Assembly (NCBI GenBank): GCA_016928775.1
Contig: JAFGKD010000071.1
Location: 84,164 to 148,163 of the forward strand
Direction: 5' to 3'
Length of the DNA: 64,000 bases
Source: Candidatus Zhuqueibacterota bacterium
GTDB lineage: Bacteria > Zhuqueibacterota > Zhuqueibacteria > Residuimicrobiales > Krinioviventaceae
The translations under genes and the position numbers were made by a program. Below are positions 1 through 10,059 of the stretch, in pieces. Every line of letters begins with the position of its first letter. Position 1 is the stretch's first letter. The notes below the pieces were generated by a model that was not told the DNA's origin, made no database searches, and saw only the letters and a list, made by a program, of their open reading frames with translations.

Positions 1-1601
1 GCGTGTGGAATCGTATCAGACAACAGATTGCCCGATAAATCGATTCTCTCAAGGTTTGTTATGGCCCCGATATCAGCTGGCAGCGGCCCCTCCAAATTAT
101 TATTCTGCAATTGAATCGCGACCACGCGCCCATGCCCCACGGTAATGCCGTGCCAGTGCGATAGTGGTTCGGTAGTGAGCCAATTCTCGGCGTTAAACCA
201 TTGTGAGCCATTTGTGCTGTAGTACAGTTCAACGAGGGCCAGGGAATCCTGATCGATGCCGAATCCTCTTATCGCCACTTCCATCGATCTGCTGCACAAA
301 ATTAACGCCGGCGCTTCGGGATTTGTTACTTGGCAATTATATCTTCCAGCATCATTCTCACCAGCAGAGGTGATCGTGTAACTGTCATTCGTGGCACCGG
401 GAATGTTTTGGCCGTTTTTCAGCCATTGATAGTCATTATTTTCGCCACCAACTGAAACGGAGAGGGTGAAATTTGCGCCCGGATCAATTTTATAGGCCCG
501 TTTTTCTCCCACACTATCTTGTGGTGCATATAAAAAATTGGCAATGGACATGTTGGGCACAATATCTTCAAAAGTCAGCTTGTTATTTTGCAGGTACAGT
601 TCATTTAATGTGCTGATGGAGGTGACATTGGGGAAATCATCAAGAGTGTTGTGGTCAATTTTAAATACCTTGAGTTTTGTCAAATTTGTTATTCGTGCTG
701 GAACCGCGCCAGTCAATTGATTTCTGAACAAATATAAATATTCCAGATTGGTCAGATGAGTGATCTCGTCGGGCAGATTCTGCTCAAAACGATTGCTATG
801 AAGCCACAATTGTGTCAAATTTGTGAGCTGTCCAATTTCGCGAGGAATGGCACCAGTCAAATTGTTTTGATATAACCGAAGGTTCGTCAGGTGAGTCAGG
901 TTACCAATCTCAGCCGGAATGCTGTCCGTCAAACGATTCGCGGCCAGGCTGAGCGATGTTAATTTTAGCAAATTACCTATTTCAGCAGGTATCGTTCCAT
1001 CAAGCTGGTTGATATCCAAATTTAGTCTTTCCAGTTTGGATAAATTGCCAATTTCAGAGGGAATGACGCCGGTCAGTTCATTATGTCCCAAATCAAGCTC
1101 GGCCAGATTTTGTAACTGACCAATTTCCGGCGGTATTTCTCCGGAAATATCATTCCCTGATAAGAATAATCTCTCCAAATTTACAAGGTGGCGTATTGTA
1201 ACAGGAATAGAACCATTGATGGCGTTGCTGAACAATTCCAGGGTTTTTAAATTTGTCAGATTCCCTATTTCAGCCGGAATGGAGCCGGTCAGCTTTTCAT
1301 TGTTCGTTATGTTGATTTGCGTTATTCTTGATAAATTGCCAATATCGGGAGGCAGGATTCCATTCAGGTTGTTTGTCTGGAGATAAATCCGATGTACATG
1401 TCCATCCAATACGTCAATGCCGTACCACGTTGAGACCTCGCCGGCAAGCCAATTCTCATGATGACTCCAATTGGCGCCGTTCGTGCTGTTGTACAAGGCG
1501 ACGAGCGCGAGAGAATCTTCTACCGCTACTGCTGCCTGCAGAACTTGAAGCAAGAATAAACAAAAGATCACTGTTTGCCATGTTTTTTTGACAATATTCA
1601 T
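1..1601 (-). CDS. Secreted leucine-rich-repeat/Ig-like modular protein (runs off the window start)
   Basis: Not in the ORF track. Hand translation from ATG 1601 (GGAGGG RBS): MNIVKKTWQTVIFCLFLLQVLQA signal, DSLALVALYNSTNGANW cap, about 12 LxxLxLxxNxLTGxIPxEIGNL repeats, Ig-like YQWLKNG...DAGRYNCQVTN, then a second DSLALVELYYSTNGSQW cap and LRRs; open to base 1. Confidence 0.9.
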   Translation of the reverse strand, partial: MNIVKKTWQTVIFCLFLLQVLQAAVAVEDSLALVALYNSTNGANWSHHENWLAGEVSTWYGIDVLDGHVHRIYLQTNNLNGILPPDIGNLSRITQINITNNEKLTGSIPAEIGNLTNLKTLELFSNAINGSIPVTIRHLVNLERLFLSGNDISGEIPPEIGQLQNLAELDLGHNELTGVIPSEIGNLSKLERLNLDINQLDGTIPAEIGNLLKLTSLSLAANRLTDSIPAEIGNLTHLTNLRLYQNNLTGAIPREIGQLTNLTQLWLHSNRFEQNLPDEITHLTNLEYLYLFRNQLTGAVPARITNLTKLKVFKIDHNTLDDFPNVTSISTLNELYLQNNKLTFEDIVPNMSIANFLYAPQDSVGEKRAYKIDPGANFTLSVSVGGENNDYQWLKNGQNIPGATNDSYTITSAGENDAGRYNCQVTNPEAPALILCSRSMEVAIRGFGIDQDSLALVELYYSTNGSQWFNAENWLTTEPLSHWHGITVGHGRVVAIQLQNNNLEGPLPADIGAITNLERIDLSGNLLSDTIPH

Positions 1602-1686
1602 CTTACCCTCCAGCAACAGAGATTCACCCCCTTGTCTTTAAAATAAACAGTTGTGTGGTGGGAAATACTCCACCCTGCCAACGGTT

Positions 1687-4600
1687 CTATTTGAGCACGG
1701 TCATCCGCTTTGTTTTCATTTCGGAACCGACAGTTAATCGATAAAAATAAAGGCCGCTGGCGATCGCTGAAGCGTCATATTTCACACTATAATTACCTGG
1801 AAACATGGTTTTGTTGACCAAAGTCATTAGTTTTCGTCCTCTGATATCATAAATGCACAGGTTCACCTGCCCGGTTTGTGGTATCGTAAAGGAGAATGTT
1901 GTTATTGCATTAAATGGATTGGGATAATTCTGCGCGAGTGACAGAACCACAGGCATTGCTGATGGGCGAACAGCACTGTCAGAGGCTAACGTGTTGGAAA
2001 AACCTGGTGTACCATATCCCAAAGAGGCTGTCCAGTTTTGTGGCAGGCTGTTATCCAGATGCGGTGCGCGCAGCGAGAGGGTCGGACCATGGCCATCCGG
2101 TTGCGCCGGCCACGGTGCGCTATTGCCAAATGCAACTGAATCAATGTTATTTCCCACATCATCAAAAAGTCGAACAATATCTTGGGAGTTCAGGCCAAAA
2201 TCAAAATCACCCAGACAATTTTTTACAGCGGGGAACATGTCTTGAAATGCAGAGATATTTCTGCACAAAACAAGATAACCATCGGCAGGAATGATCGTGC
2301 TTTTGGGGATAATAAATTTATGTGTATCATCGCTGTCAAGAAAAAGCCAGTTTGAGACATCAATGGCACTGCTATGTGGATTATAGAGCTCGATCCAGTC
2401 GTCCACATCAAATTCGACCAGGGAATTGTAATTTATCTCATTAAAGAGAATCATATTTTGATTGTTGTTTGCTTTTTCAAAATGCGCCATCACATAAGAT
2501 ACATCAGGCACGACAACGTTTATCTGTTGAGAGGGAGAGTCACCGGAGGAGAGTCCCCTCCAGTGGGAAAATCGATAGCCCGCATTCGGGAGGGCAGTGA
2601 GTTGGACTGGAATGTCGAAAAAATAGTCGCCCGACCATGGGTAGACGTCAATAAGAATGGAGTTTAGTTTGATTTTTCCACTGCCCGGTGAAGAGATATC
2701 CAGTTCAAGATAATCCCATCCCTGGAGCGAAAAATAATCACAAATTTGTCGATATATAAAAGTCGATCGACGCGAAGAAAAAGTCCGTAAAACATCAATT
2801 TGTTGTTCCCACTCGTTTTTTGACCTTAGAGAAGAATATCGTCGCCATCTCTCGATATGGCGCTCGATTTCCGGTTCAAACAGTGAACTCATTTGATCAA
2901 TTTTCGCGTTCACTCGAGAGTGATCAAAATTTGTATTTAAATAATCGGCAAATCGATTGATAAAATCATTGCTGAATTGTGTGCTTTCCAACATTTTTCG
3001 CAGCAGAAAAGTTGTATGCGGCGGATTGGGCCAATCCATATTATCTGTTTGCGTGGCGTGCGCTAATGTATTGTGTTGAAAATCGTTATTGCCGTTGGAA
3101 TTAAAAGTATAATCCAGATCATACATAAACCATCGCCATAAACCATTCGCTGTTCTGGGGCGCCAACACTTGTTGTTGTTTCCCGGCCAGTCATAATTGG
3201 CACAATAAATTTGTGTGACGCAATAATCTATATAATTGTCGATATCAACAACCGATTTGATATAGTCATAATGAAAAGACTGATTGATATCATTATTTTC
3301 CAGATAGTTTTCCAAATCAAGATAAGCGTGATCATCACCTTCACTGACCACAGGATAGGATCGTCGCCAATATCGGCTGATGATATCAACATTTTCTTTG
3401 TCAAAGCCAAAATGCGAAGCAATGTAATCTTCATTAAGCTTTTCACGAATATTTTGGATGCCCCAGTATTCTCCATTCAAAAACAGAATCGCCGGCCGAA
3501 AAGCTTGTCGATCCACATTTTTATCTTGAACCAGGCTTGATGCCAGCGGATCACGAAAAAAAGTTTTTTGCCAGTCTGTGCCAGCCGCACGCAATACAAA
3601 CGATTTGAATGTTCTTATATCAAGATCGGGGAAAAGCTGATAGTGCAGTTCATCCAGTCCATATTTGTCACGAATCATAATCGACAACGATTTTTGCGCA
3701 TTGGCTCGACTTCCCCAGCCAAATATTTTTATACCGGCGTTGATGCTAAAAGCTGATGTTCCATTTGGCTCAAAAAATTCGACGTGCACCGGCCGTTCCC
3801 AATCCTGCCAGTAATTCGCAATGCGATTCCCTTCATCGGCGTTGATACCCGGACTATAGATACCAATCTCATCATCCCAAAGATTGTCCGGAGGAGTGGA
3901 AATGGAAAAAACCGGCATGGTAAAATGTTCATTGATGAGATATGTCTGCGTTTTAACTTTGCTGGATACAACACTGTTTTCAAATGTTGCCGCTTTGACA
4001 ACAGTTGTTTTGCTGATGTTAATCGGCTGTGTATAGAGAAATGAATCCGGCGACGGATTTTCGCCATCCAGAGTGTAATAAATTTTTGCCGTTGATGAAG
4101 CGGCCGAAAGAACGAGAGACAAAACATTCGAATAAAATCCGGCAGCATGGGAAAAGCTCACCGTATCGTTAAAGCCGGGAAAAGGTGTCGAGGTGTTACT
4201 TTGTGCCGGCGTTGGCTGCAAAAAAGTTACCCACTGTTCCGTACCATCTGGAAATCGGCCAAGCGAAAGATCGATCGGGATGTCGCCGGTTTCGATTTTG
4301 TCGCATAGCTGCCCGTTATTATCCGTCAATAGGATTGTCTCGCCGCTTCGATCGATTTTGAAATTGGTATGCATATGGATGGCCACTTCATGCGGCTCTT
4401 TTCGATCTTTGCCCGATGCAAAAACCAGCAAATATGCTTTCGGTGCAATTGTTACATTCGGGAAAGTCCATTTATAAAGATCTGCAAGATCATCTGACAA
4501 ACCATAACCGGCTAAATTTATCGAATTTGAACCCGCATTATAAAGTTCAATCCAATCAGGATAATCACCATCGTGTGTTGATTCTCCCATCTGTTCATAC

Positions 4601-4755
4601 CACCATTGGCAATCCGGCACCGGACAATTTTGTTGATCAACATCGTATTCGTCTTCAATGCTTGAGATATTGGATGACATAATCTCATTCAACAAAATCT
4701 GCGAGAATACCGGGTACGTGAATAATAAAAGCAGTAGGAGATAATAATTCTTCAT
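1687..4755 (-). CDS. CotH kinase family protein with lamin-tail domains, FN3-associated/chitobiase-like domain and T9SS-type C-terminal sorting domain
   Basis: Signal peptide; LTD motifs (LNEIMSSN, DWIELYN twice); CotH motifs (NGEYWGIQNIRE, DWPGNN, WRWFMYDLD); C-terminal LAQNYPNPFN...SGLYFYRL. Confidence 0.9.
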   Translation of the reverse strand: MKNYYLLLLLLFTYPVFSQILLNEIMSSNISSIEDEYDVDQQNCPVPDCQWWYEQMGESTHDGDYPDWIELYNAGSNSINLAGYGLSDDLADLYKWTFPNVTIAPKAYLLVFASGKDRKEPHEVAIHMHTNFKIDRSGETILLTDNNGQLCDKIETGDIPIDLSLGRFPDGTEQWVTFLQPTPAQSNTSTPFPGFNDTVSFSHAAGFYSNVLSLVLSAASSTAKIYYTLDGENPSPDSFLYTQPINISKTTVVKAATFENSVVSSKVKTQTYLINEHFTMPVFSISTPPDNLWDDEIGIYSPGINADEGNRIANYWQDWERPVHVEFFEPNGTSAFSINAGIKIFGWGSRANAQKSLSIMIRDKYGLDELHYQLFPDLDIRTFKSFVLRAAGTDWQKTFFRDPLASSLVQDKNVDRQAFRPAILFLNGEYWGIQNIREKLNEDYIASHFGFDKENVDIISRYWRRSYPVVSEGDDHAYLDLENYLENNDINQSFHYDYIKSVVDIDNYIDYCVTQIYCANYDWPGNNNKCWRPRTANGLWRWFMYDLDYTFNSNGNNDFQHNTLAHATQTDNMDWPNPPHTTFLLRKMLESTQFSNDFINRFADYLNTNFDHSRVNAKIDQMSSLFEPEIERHIERWRRYSSLRSKNEWEQQIDVLRTFSSRRSTFIYRQICDYFSLQGWDYLELDISSPGSGKIKLNSILIDVYPWSGDYFFDIPVQLTALPNAGYRFSHWRGLSSGDSPSQQINVVVPDVSYVMAHFEKANNNQNMILFNEINYNSLVEFDVDDWIELYNPHSSAIDVSNWLFLDSDDTHKFIIPKSTIIPADGYLVLCRNISAFQDMFPAVKNCLGDFDFGLNSQDIVRLFDDVGNNIDSVAFGNSAPWPAQPDGHGPTLSLRAPHLDNSLPQNWTASLGYGTPGFSNTLASDSAVRPSAMPVVLSLAQNYPNPFNAITTFSFTIPQTGQVNLCIYDIRGRKLMTLVNKTMFPGNYSVKYDASAIASGLYFYRLTVGSEMKTKRMTVLK

Positions 4756-4955
4756 TCTATTAGCTTTTTAGGTCATTGTATTAACAGGGTGATGCTCTAT
4801 TTTTATATACAATCTCATTTGGTTAAAATCAACGGTTTTTTGCGATTACGCCAGGCTGGAAAAGTTGCAGCACCCTTTTTCCCGATAAACTGATTCTGGC
4901 TTGCTGTGTGTGTAAAGTTTATGAATAATGCAGATGAAAGCAAATAACTTTGAAA

Positions 4956-6398
4956 TCAGTATCCAACGGCAAAAACACTCTTCTCGCCTCGCACAAGCAT
5001 CACTTCCTCAGAAATCACCGGTGTCGTCATGATGCGCTCACCCATGTCATTTGTCGCTACCAATTCGTATTGTGGTCCGGCCTTGATAACAAAGACATCA
5101 CCATCTTCACTCGGCAGGAAGAGTTTCCCATCCGAAGCCACCGGTGATCCGCTGAATCCTCCACCGCGGTGCGGGATTTTTTCGCTGTAAATCTTCTGCC
5201 CGGTTTCCAGATCATAGCAGCGAAAATCACCATTATTGTTGAGGGTATAGACATACCCGCGATAGATGATCGGTGTTGGCATATACGGCCCGACTTTGGT
5301 TGCGCTCCATAAAATATCCTTGCTATTTGTTTGGCCTTCTGGCAAGGTAATATCACCCCTAACGCCGGTTTTTATGGCAAAGACCGGCGCTTCCGGTCCT
5401 CGACCACTGCAAACAATGATGATGCTGTCGGAAAAGACCGGCGTTGGTGCGGTGATCTGCGAGCTGCCTCCCAGTCGCCACAGCTCTTGCCCCGTATCTG
5501 GATAGTAACCATAAATAAAGTTGGATGAATTGGTCACAAGTTCGACTCGATCCGGCCCGTGAATGATCGTCGGTGTTCCCCAGCCGGGCAATTCATCGCG
5601 CTCGGTCTTCCAGACAAGATCACCGGAATGAATATCAAGGGCGAGGACATAGTCATCATCCGAGGTATCGGTCTGGATGAACACTTTGTTCCGGTAAATG
5701 ATCGGGGAGCTGGCGGGACCCCATTCCAGATGCGGCGCATTATAGGCACCGACATTCATGCGACCTATATTTTTTTTCCAGACAAATTCGCCATCCACAG
5801 TATAAACAAACACACCCTCGGAGCCGAAGAGCATAACCACATAACGTCCGTCTGTTGCCGGGGTGGAATTGTTATAAGTGGATTTGATATGCCGTTTATC
5901 TTGTGGCACCCCCTGGTGCACAAGCCGTTCCCATATAACATCGCCGGACTTTTTATCGAGACAGTAGAGCATCCACTGATGCGACGAGGTATCCTCCGAG
6001 GCATCACCGGCGCCGTATAAACCATGCTTGAATGTTGCATCTCCCAGACTGCTGATGGCTGACGTGACAAAGACCTTGTCTTCCCAGACAATCGGGCACG
6101 CATGCGCCAGACCCGGGATATTTGTTTGCCATTTTATATGCTCGCCGGTCACACCACTAAAGTTCAACGGCAAATTTTGTTCATCAGCCACACCGGCAGC
6201 GTAAGCGCCGCGAAATTGCGGCCAGTTGCCATCATGTTTGATGATACGAAATGGTTTAGCCTCCGGACTTTTAGCGACAGCCTCTGTTTTTTCCTGCCGT
6301 GGTGATTCCTCTTGAGTGCACGCAGAGCTCATGAGTATAGCTAGGAGTGTAAATGTAAAATAAATTTTAATATTTGTGCGATTAGAAAACCAAACCAT
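4956..6398 (-). CDS. PQQ-like beta-propeller repeat lipoprotein (BamB-like family)
   Basis: Lipobox MSSAC; NWPQFRG; repeated SSP/TP...G..VW blade motifs. Confidence 0.85.
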   Translation of the reverse strand: MVWFSNRTNIKIYFTFTLLAILMSSACTQEESPRQEKTEAVAKSPEAKPFRIIKHDGNWPQFRGAYAAGVADEQNLPLNFSGVTGEHIKWQTNIPGLAHACPIVWEDKVFVTSAISSLGDATFKHGLYGAGDASEDTSSHQWMLYCLDKKSGDVIWERLVHQGVPQDKRHIKSTYNNSTPATDGRYVVMLFGSEGVFVYTVDGEFVWKKNIGRMNVGAYNAPHLEWGPASSPIIYRNKVFIQTDTSDDDYVLALDIHSGDLVWKTERDELPGWGTPTIIHGPDRVELVTNSSNFIYGYYPDTGQELWRLGGSSQITAPTPVFSDSIIIVCSGRGPEAPVFAIKTGVRGDITLPEGQTNSKDILWSATKVGPYMPTPIIYRGYVYTLNNNGDFRCYDLETGQKIYSEKIPHRGGGFSGSPVASDGKLFLPSEDGDVFVIKAGPQYELVATNDMGERIMTTPVISEEVMLVRGEKSVFAVGY

Positions 6399-6457
6399 GG
6401 GATGTCTCCATTTTTTCTTCCGGGAAAAAGTAATTTGTCATTTCGGATCGATACGCC

Positions 6458-7864
6458 TCATGGCTCCCTTGGACTCTCCTCGGCATTCACGACCGGCAGC
6501 CATTTTTTATGGTCGGCGATCACATTTGCATGCTGCGGATCGCCGGCGAGATTGGTCCATTCCATTGGATCGTTCCGGTGATCGTACAGCTCTTCCGAGC
6601 CATCCGCATAACGAATATAGCGCCAGTCTTTCGAGCGGATGGTGTGATTGTCCTTGCCGTGGGTGGTGAGGCTCGGCTTGTCCCATGCCGCATCGGGATT
6701 TTGCAAGAGAGGAAGCAGACTGCTGCCTTGATTCTCTTTTTTCACTGGAAGGCCGGCCAAATCGAGGAGCGTCGGGTAAATATCCAGCAAATTGACCGGC
6801 GCCGAACAGCGTCCGCCGGGTTGGGTGAAACCGGGCGCGACAAACATCAGCACGTTGTGCGTCGCTTCTTCCCAAAGAGCAAACTTGCGCCAGTGCAGTT
6901 TTTCGCCGAGGTGCCAGCCGTGATCAGACCATAGAACTATGATCGTATTGTCAGCATAGATGCTGCTTTCGAGGGCCGTGATCACTCTCCCCACACAGTC
7001 GTCAACAAAATGAATGCTCGCGAGATAAGCCTGTACAGCGCGGCGCCACTGATCGTATTTTAGAACATTGGCGTGATCTTGAATTCTCGCCATTTGGCGA
7101 CCTGCATCCGGCACATCGTCAAGGTCATCTTGTTTTATATTCGGCAGCGTCACGCTGTCGAGCGCAAACTTTTCAAAATATTTTTTCGGTACATACCAGG
7201 GCAAATGGGGACGGAAAAAGCCGCAGGCGAGAAAGAATGGCTTGTTTTGTTTTTCCCCCAACTGACCAATCACCCAATCCGCCACTTTCCAGTCGCTCAT
7301 TTCTTCGGGTTCAACATCGACAATGCCCCAGTCAAAATGCGCCGTATTGGGGATACCGTTGAGCGGTCGATTTTCCGGCATCGGATCCGTCGGGCGATCG
7401 CTTTTTTCTTCAGGAAAATAATAATCCCAGGATTGCGGATCGAGGTAACGGCCGTGAAAGATTTTGCCGCTGCCCATAGTTTTATAGCCGTGGGCGCGAA
7501 AATATTGAGGCAAGGTCATACTGTTTTTCAGCACATCACTTTGCCGCCATGGCTGATTGTTATGATAGACTCCGGACGTGGATGGGCGTATGCCGGTTAA
7601 CAGGGCCGCACGCGAAGGATTGCACGCCGGTGCCGCACAATAGGCATTGGTGAACAGTACTCCCTTTGACGCCAATCGATCCAGATTCGGCGTTTGGGTA
7701 GCGGGATGGCCACCGAGACAACCGACCCAGTCGTTGAGGTCATCGATAGCGATAAATAGGATATTGGGTAAAGGTTTTTTTGAACACGCACCCAATGTCA
7801 GGCTTGAAAAAGCGGCTAGACCAATGGTGTGCAAAAAACGACGACGGCTGAGAGGTGTTTGCAT
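6458..7864 (-). CDS. Tat-exported sulfatase (iduronate-2-sulfatase-like S1)
   Basis: SRRRFL Tat motif; PNILFIAIDDL; CNPSR; GKIFH; SDHG. Start moved to ATG 7864 with RBS. Confidence 0.92.
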   Translation of the reverse strand: MQTPLSRRRFLHTIGLAAFSSLTLGACSKKPLPNILFIAIDDLNDWVGCLGGHPATQTPNLDRLASKGVLFTNAYCAAPACNPSRAALLTGIRPSTSGVYHNNQPWRQSDVLKNSMTLPQYFRAHGYKTMGSGKIFHGRYLDPQSWDYYFPEEKSDRPTDPMPENRPLNGIPNTAHFDWGIVDVEPEEMSDWKVADWVIGQLGEKQNKPFFLACGFFRPHLPWYVPKKYFEKFALDSVTLPNIKQDDLDDVPDAGRQMARIQDHANVLKYDQWRRAVQAYLASIHFVDDCVGRVITALESSIYADNTIIVLWSDHGWHLGEKLHWRKFALWEEATHNVLMFVAPGFTQPGGRCSAPVNLLDIYPTLLDLAGLPVKKENQGSSLLPLLQNPDAAWDKPSLTTHGKDNHTIRSKDWRYIRYADGSEELYDHRNDPMEWTNLAGDPQHANVIADHKKWLPVVNAEESPREP

Positions 7865-7914
7865 CTCTTTCTCCCTAAAGTAATCGTGCAACATTGAAAA
7901 TATCTGGGCTTTAT

Positions 7915-9429
7915 TCAATACCCGGCTTCATCGATCAATGTCTTTTTCCCAAGAGCTGATAATGTCACCTGGTAAACGGCGAACGAATCTGCTATCGTAT
8001 TGGTCAGCACACGCTGGACGGGTGCTAACATTTTTTGTGAATCGAAATAGTGCAGTACAGATCGGGGCATTTCGCCATCGGCAATGGCGGAAACAAACAG
8101 CAAAGTATCATCGACAACGGACATTCTTTCTTGCAAAAAAGCATAATGATTTGTCCGAGAGTTAAAATTGAGCGCCCAGGTGCGCGGCTGGTCGGTACAA
8201 TGGAACGCGAGCAGCGACGTCAGTTGATAGCTGTTGGCGCAAAGGGGCATTTTGCCGAGTGGATCATGCTGCTCACGTATTTTGTCGACCTGTCTGGCGA
8301 ATTCAGTCCAGCCACGCGAATCATAGGTCCTGTCTATGCGAGCGGAAATGGGTAAAAAAGGCAAGACCGCATGTGCGACAACAAGCGTCGTTATGGTGAT
8401 TGAAAATCCCATAGCAAAAACGGTAAAGCGTCGCACACCACTCTTTTTGCCGAGACGTTCCCAATAGCAGATCACCAGCAGCAGCCCGGAAAAATAAGCT
8501 GCTGCCGGCCAGTTCGCCTCCACCCGCGCGCTGAGACTCGACCAGGCGAAAAAAAACAACGGTAGCGAGAGAAACATTAACAGAAATAAAAATTTTTCTT
8601 TTCTGTCAAATCGATAAAAATGTATAATGGCAAAAACGAGTACAAAAAAAAGCAAAGGTGAAAACAGGCCGATTTGGCCGGCAAGATATTCAAAAAACAG
8701 GTTTATCCGCGGCCAGGAGTGCTCGCTGCGAAAGCCATGGCCGAACTGAAAGAGATACGAAGTCCACTGGTGTTGAGCGTTCCAAAGGACATTCGGTGAA
8801 AAAAACAGGATGGCGATAAAGAAAGCAGACCACGGTTTCCAGGTGAGCAGCAGTTTTCTATGTTCCTTGACAAAAATCAGAAACAAGACAAATGATCCGA
8901 TAAAAAGAACAAAGACATATTTTGATAACAATCCAAGTCCCACAACAACACCCAGCAGTGGCCAGGCGGCTGTTTTACGTTCAAATACCGCTTGATAGCC
9001 AAGCAACATTCCCAGGGCCCAAAAGAAAATACAGGCGATGTCGGGTGTGAGCAACAATCCGCCAGCGGCATAGAGGAGATTGGTGTTGACGAGAAGAAGA
9101 AAGAGGATAACCGCTGCTGTGGAGGTCACAAAACGAGCGGCCAGCACAGCAGCAACGACAGAGAACGCACTACCGACAAGCAGTGGTACGGCTTTGATGC
9201 CCCAGTAGGTATCACCGAGAAGAGATGTTGTGAGATGGACGAGCCAGGCAATCATGGGCGGATGATCGAAATAGCCCGGGGACAAAAAGCGACTCCAGCC
9301 CCAATAGTAGGCTTCATCCGGAAAGACATCCAGGCGCAAAAGAAAAAGCAGGCGCAGGAAAAAAACAATCGTAAGCGTGATAACAATCGGAATCGATCGA
9401 ATTTGACTTTTTTCACCAGGTCTCTTCAT
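7915..9429 (-). CDS. ArnT/PMT-like GT-C membrane glycosyltransferase (GT39/GT83)
   Basis: DEAYYW, GYFDHPP, LLTPD, GLLSKY, many TM segments. Confidence 0.88.
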   Translation of the reverse strand: MKRPGEKSQIRSIPIVITLTIVFFLRLLFLLRLDVFPDEAYYWGWSRFLSPGYFDHPPMIAWLVHLTTSLLGDTYWGIKAVPLLVGSAFSVVAAVLAARFVTSTAAVILFLLLVNTNLLYAAGGLLLTPDIACIFFWALGMLLGYQAVFERKTAAWPLLGVVVGLGLLSKYVFVLFIGSFVLFLIFVKEHRKLLLTWKPWSAFFIAILFFSPNVLWNAQHQWTSYLFQFGHGFRSEHSWPRINLFFEYLAGQIGLFSPLLFFVLVFAIIHFYRFDRKEKFLFLLMFLSLPLFFFAWSSLSARVEANWPAAAYFSGLLLVICYWERLGKKSGVRRFTVFAMGFSITITTLVVAHAVLPFLPISARIDRTYDSRGWTEFARQVDKIREQHDPLGKMPLCANSYQLTSLLAFHCTDQPRTWALNFNSRTNHYAFLQERMSVVDDTLLFVSAIADGEMPRSVLHYFDSQKMLAPVQRVLTNTIADSFAVYQVTLSALGKKTLIDEAGY

Positions 9430-10016
9430 GACGAAATAAAATTCACCTTCCCGCTGTGTAAATCATAGATCGCACCAACAACCATGAGGTGCCCTGCCTG
9501 CAAGAGCTGTGTCAAAACAGGCTCAGCTTTGAGTTGGTTGACCATTCGTTTTACATTAACTTTTGCCGCCAACGCGACGCGCTCCGGCATTGGCACAAGC
9601 GGATCGATGTCTTGCAGCGCGGGATCTATTTGTTGCAGCAGCCGCTGGATAACCGCCGGCTCTTTTTTTCGCTCTTCGATGGGTGCCAGCGCCGCGGTGA
9701 TCGCCCCGCACATCGTGTGACCCAGCACCACAACGAGCGGCGTGCGGACGTGCAAAGCAGCGTAGAGTAAACTGGCCAATTCGTTTGGCCCGACAACATT
9801 GCCGGCCACCCGAACGATGAACAGCGCATCAAATCCCTGATCAAAGATGTGCTCAACCGGAACGCGTGCATCACTGCATCCCAGAATCGTGGCGAACGGT
9901 GATTGTCCCTGCAGAAGTGAAGCCCGTGCATCCGGATCGATACGATAGTGGTTCGTCCCTTTTACGAAACGTTCATTGCCTTCCGTTAATTTCAACAAGG
10001 CTTGTTCAGGAGTCAT
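9426..10016 (-). CDS. Beta-class carbonic anhydrase
   Basis: LTEGNERF, GQSP, CSDARV, RVAGN, LGHTMCGA zinc ligands; likely start MTPEQAL at 10016. Confidence 0.93.
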   Translation of the reverse strand: MTPEQALLKLTEGNERFVKGTNHYRIDPDARASLLQGQSPFATILGCSDARVPVEHIFDQGFDALFIVRVAGNVVGPNELASLLYAALHVRTPLVVVLGHTMCGAITAALAPIEERKKEPAVIQRLLQQIDPALQDIDPLVPMPERVALAAKVNVKRMVNQLKAEPVLTQLLQAGHLMVVGAIYDLHSGKVNFISS

Positions 10017-10059
10017 AGGTAAAACCTTTTTGCGTACGAGATTATCATTCCACGATTTT

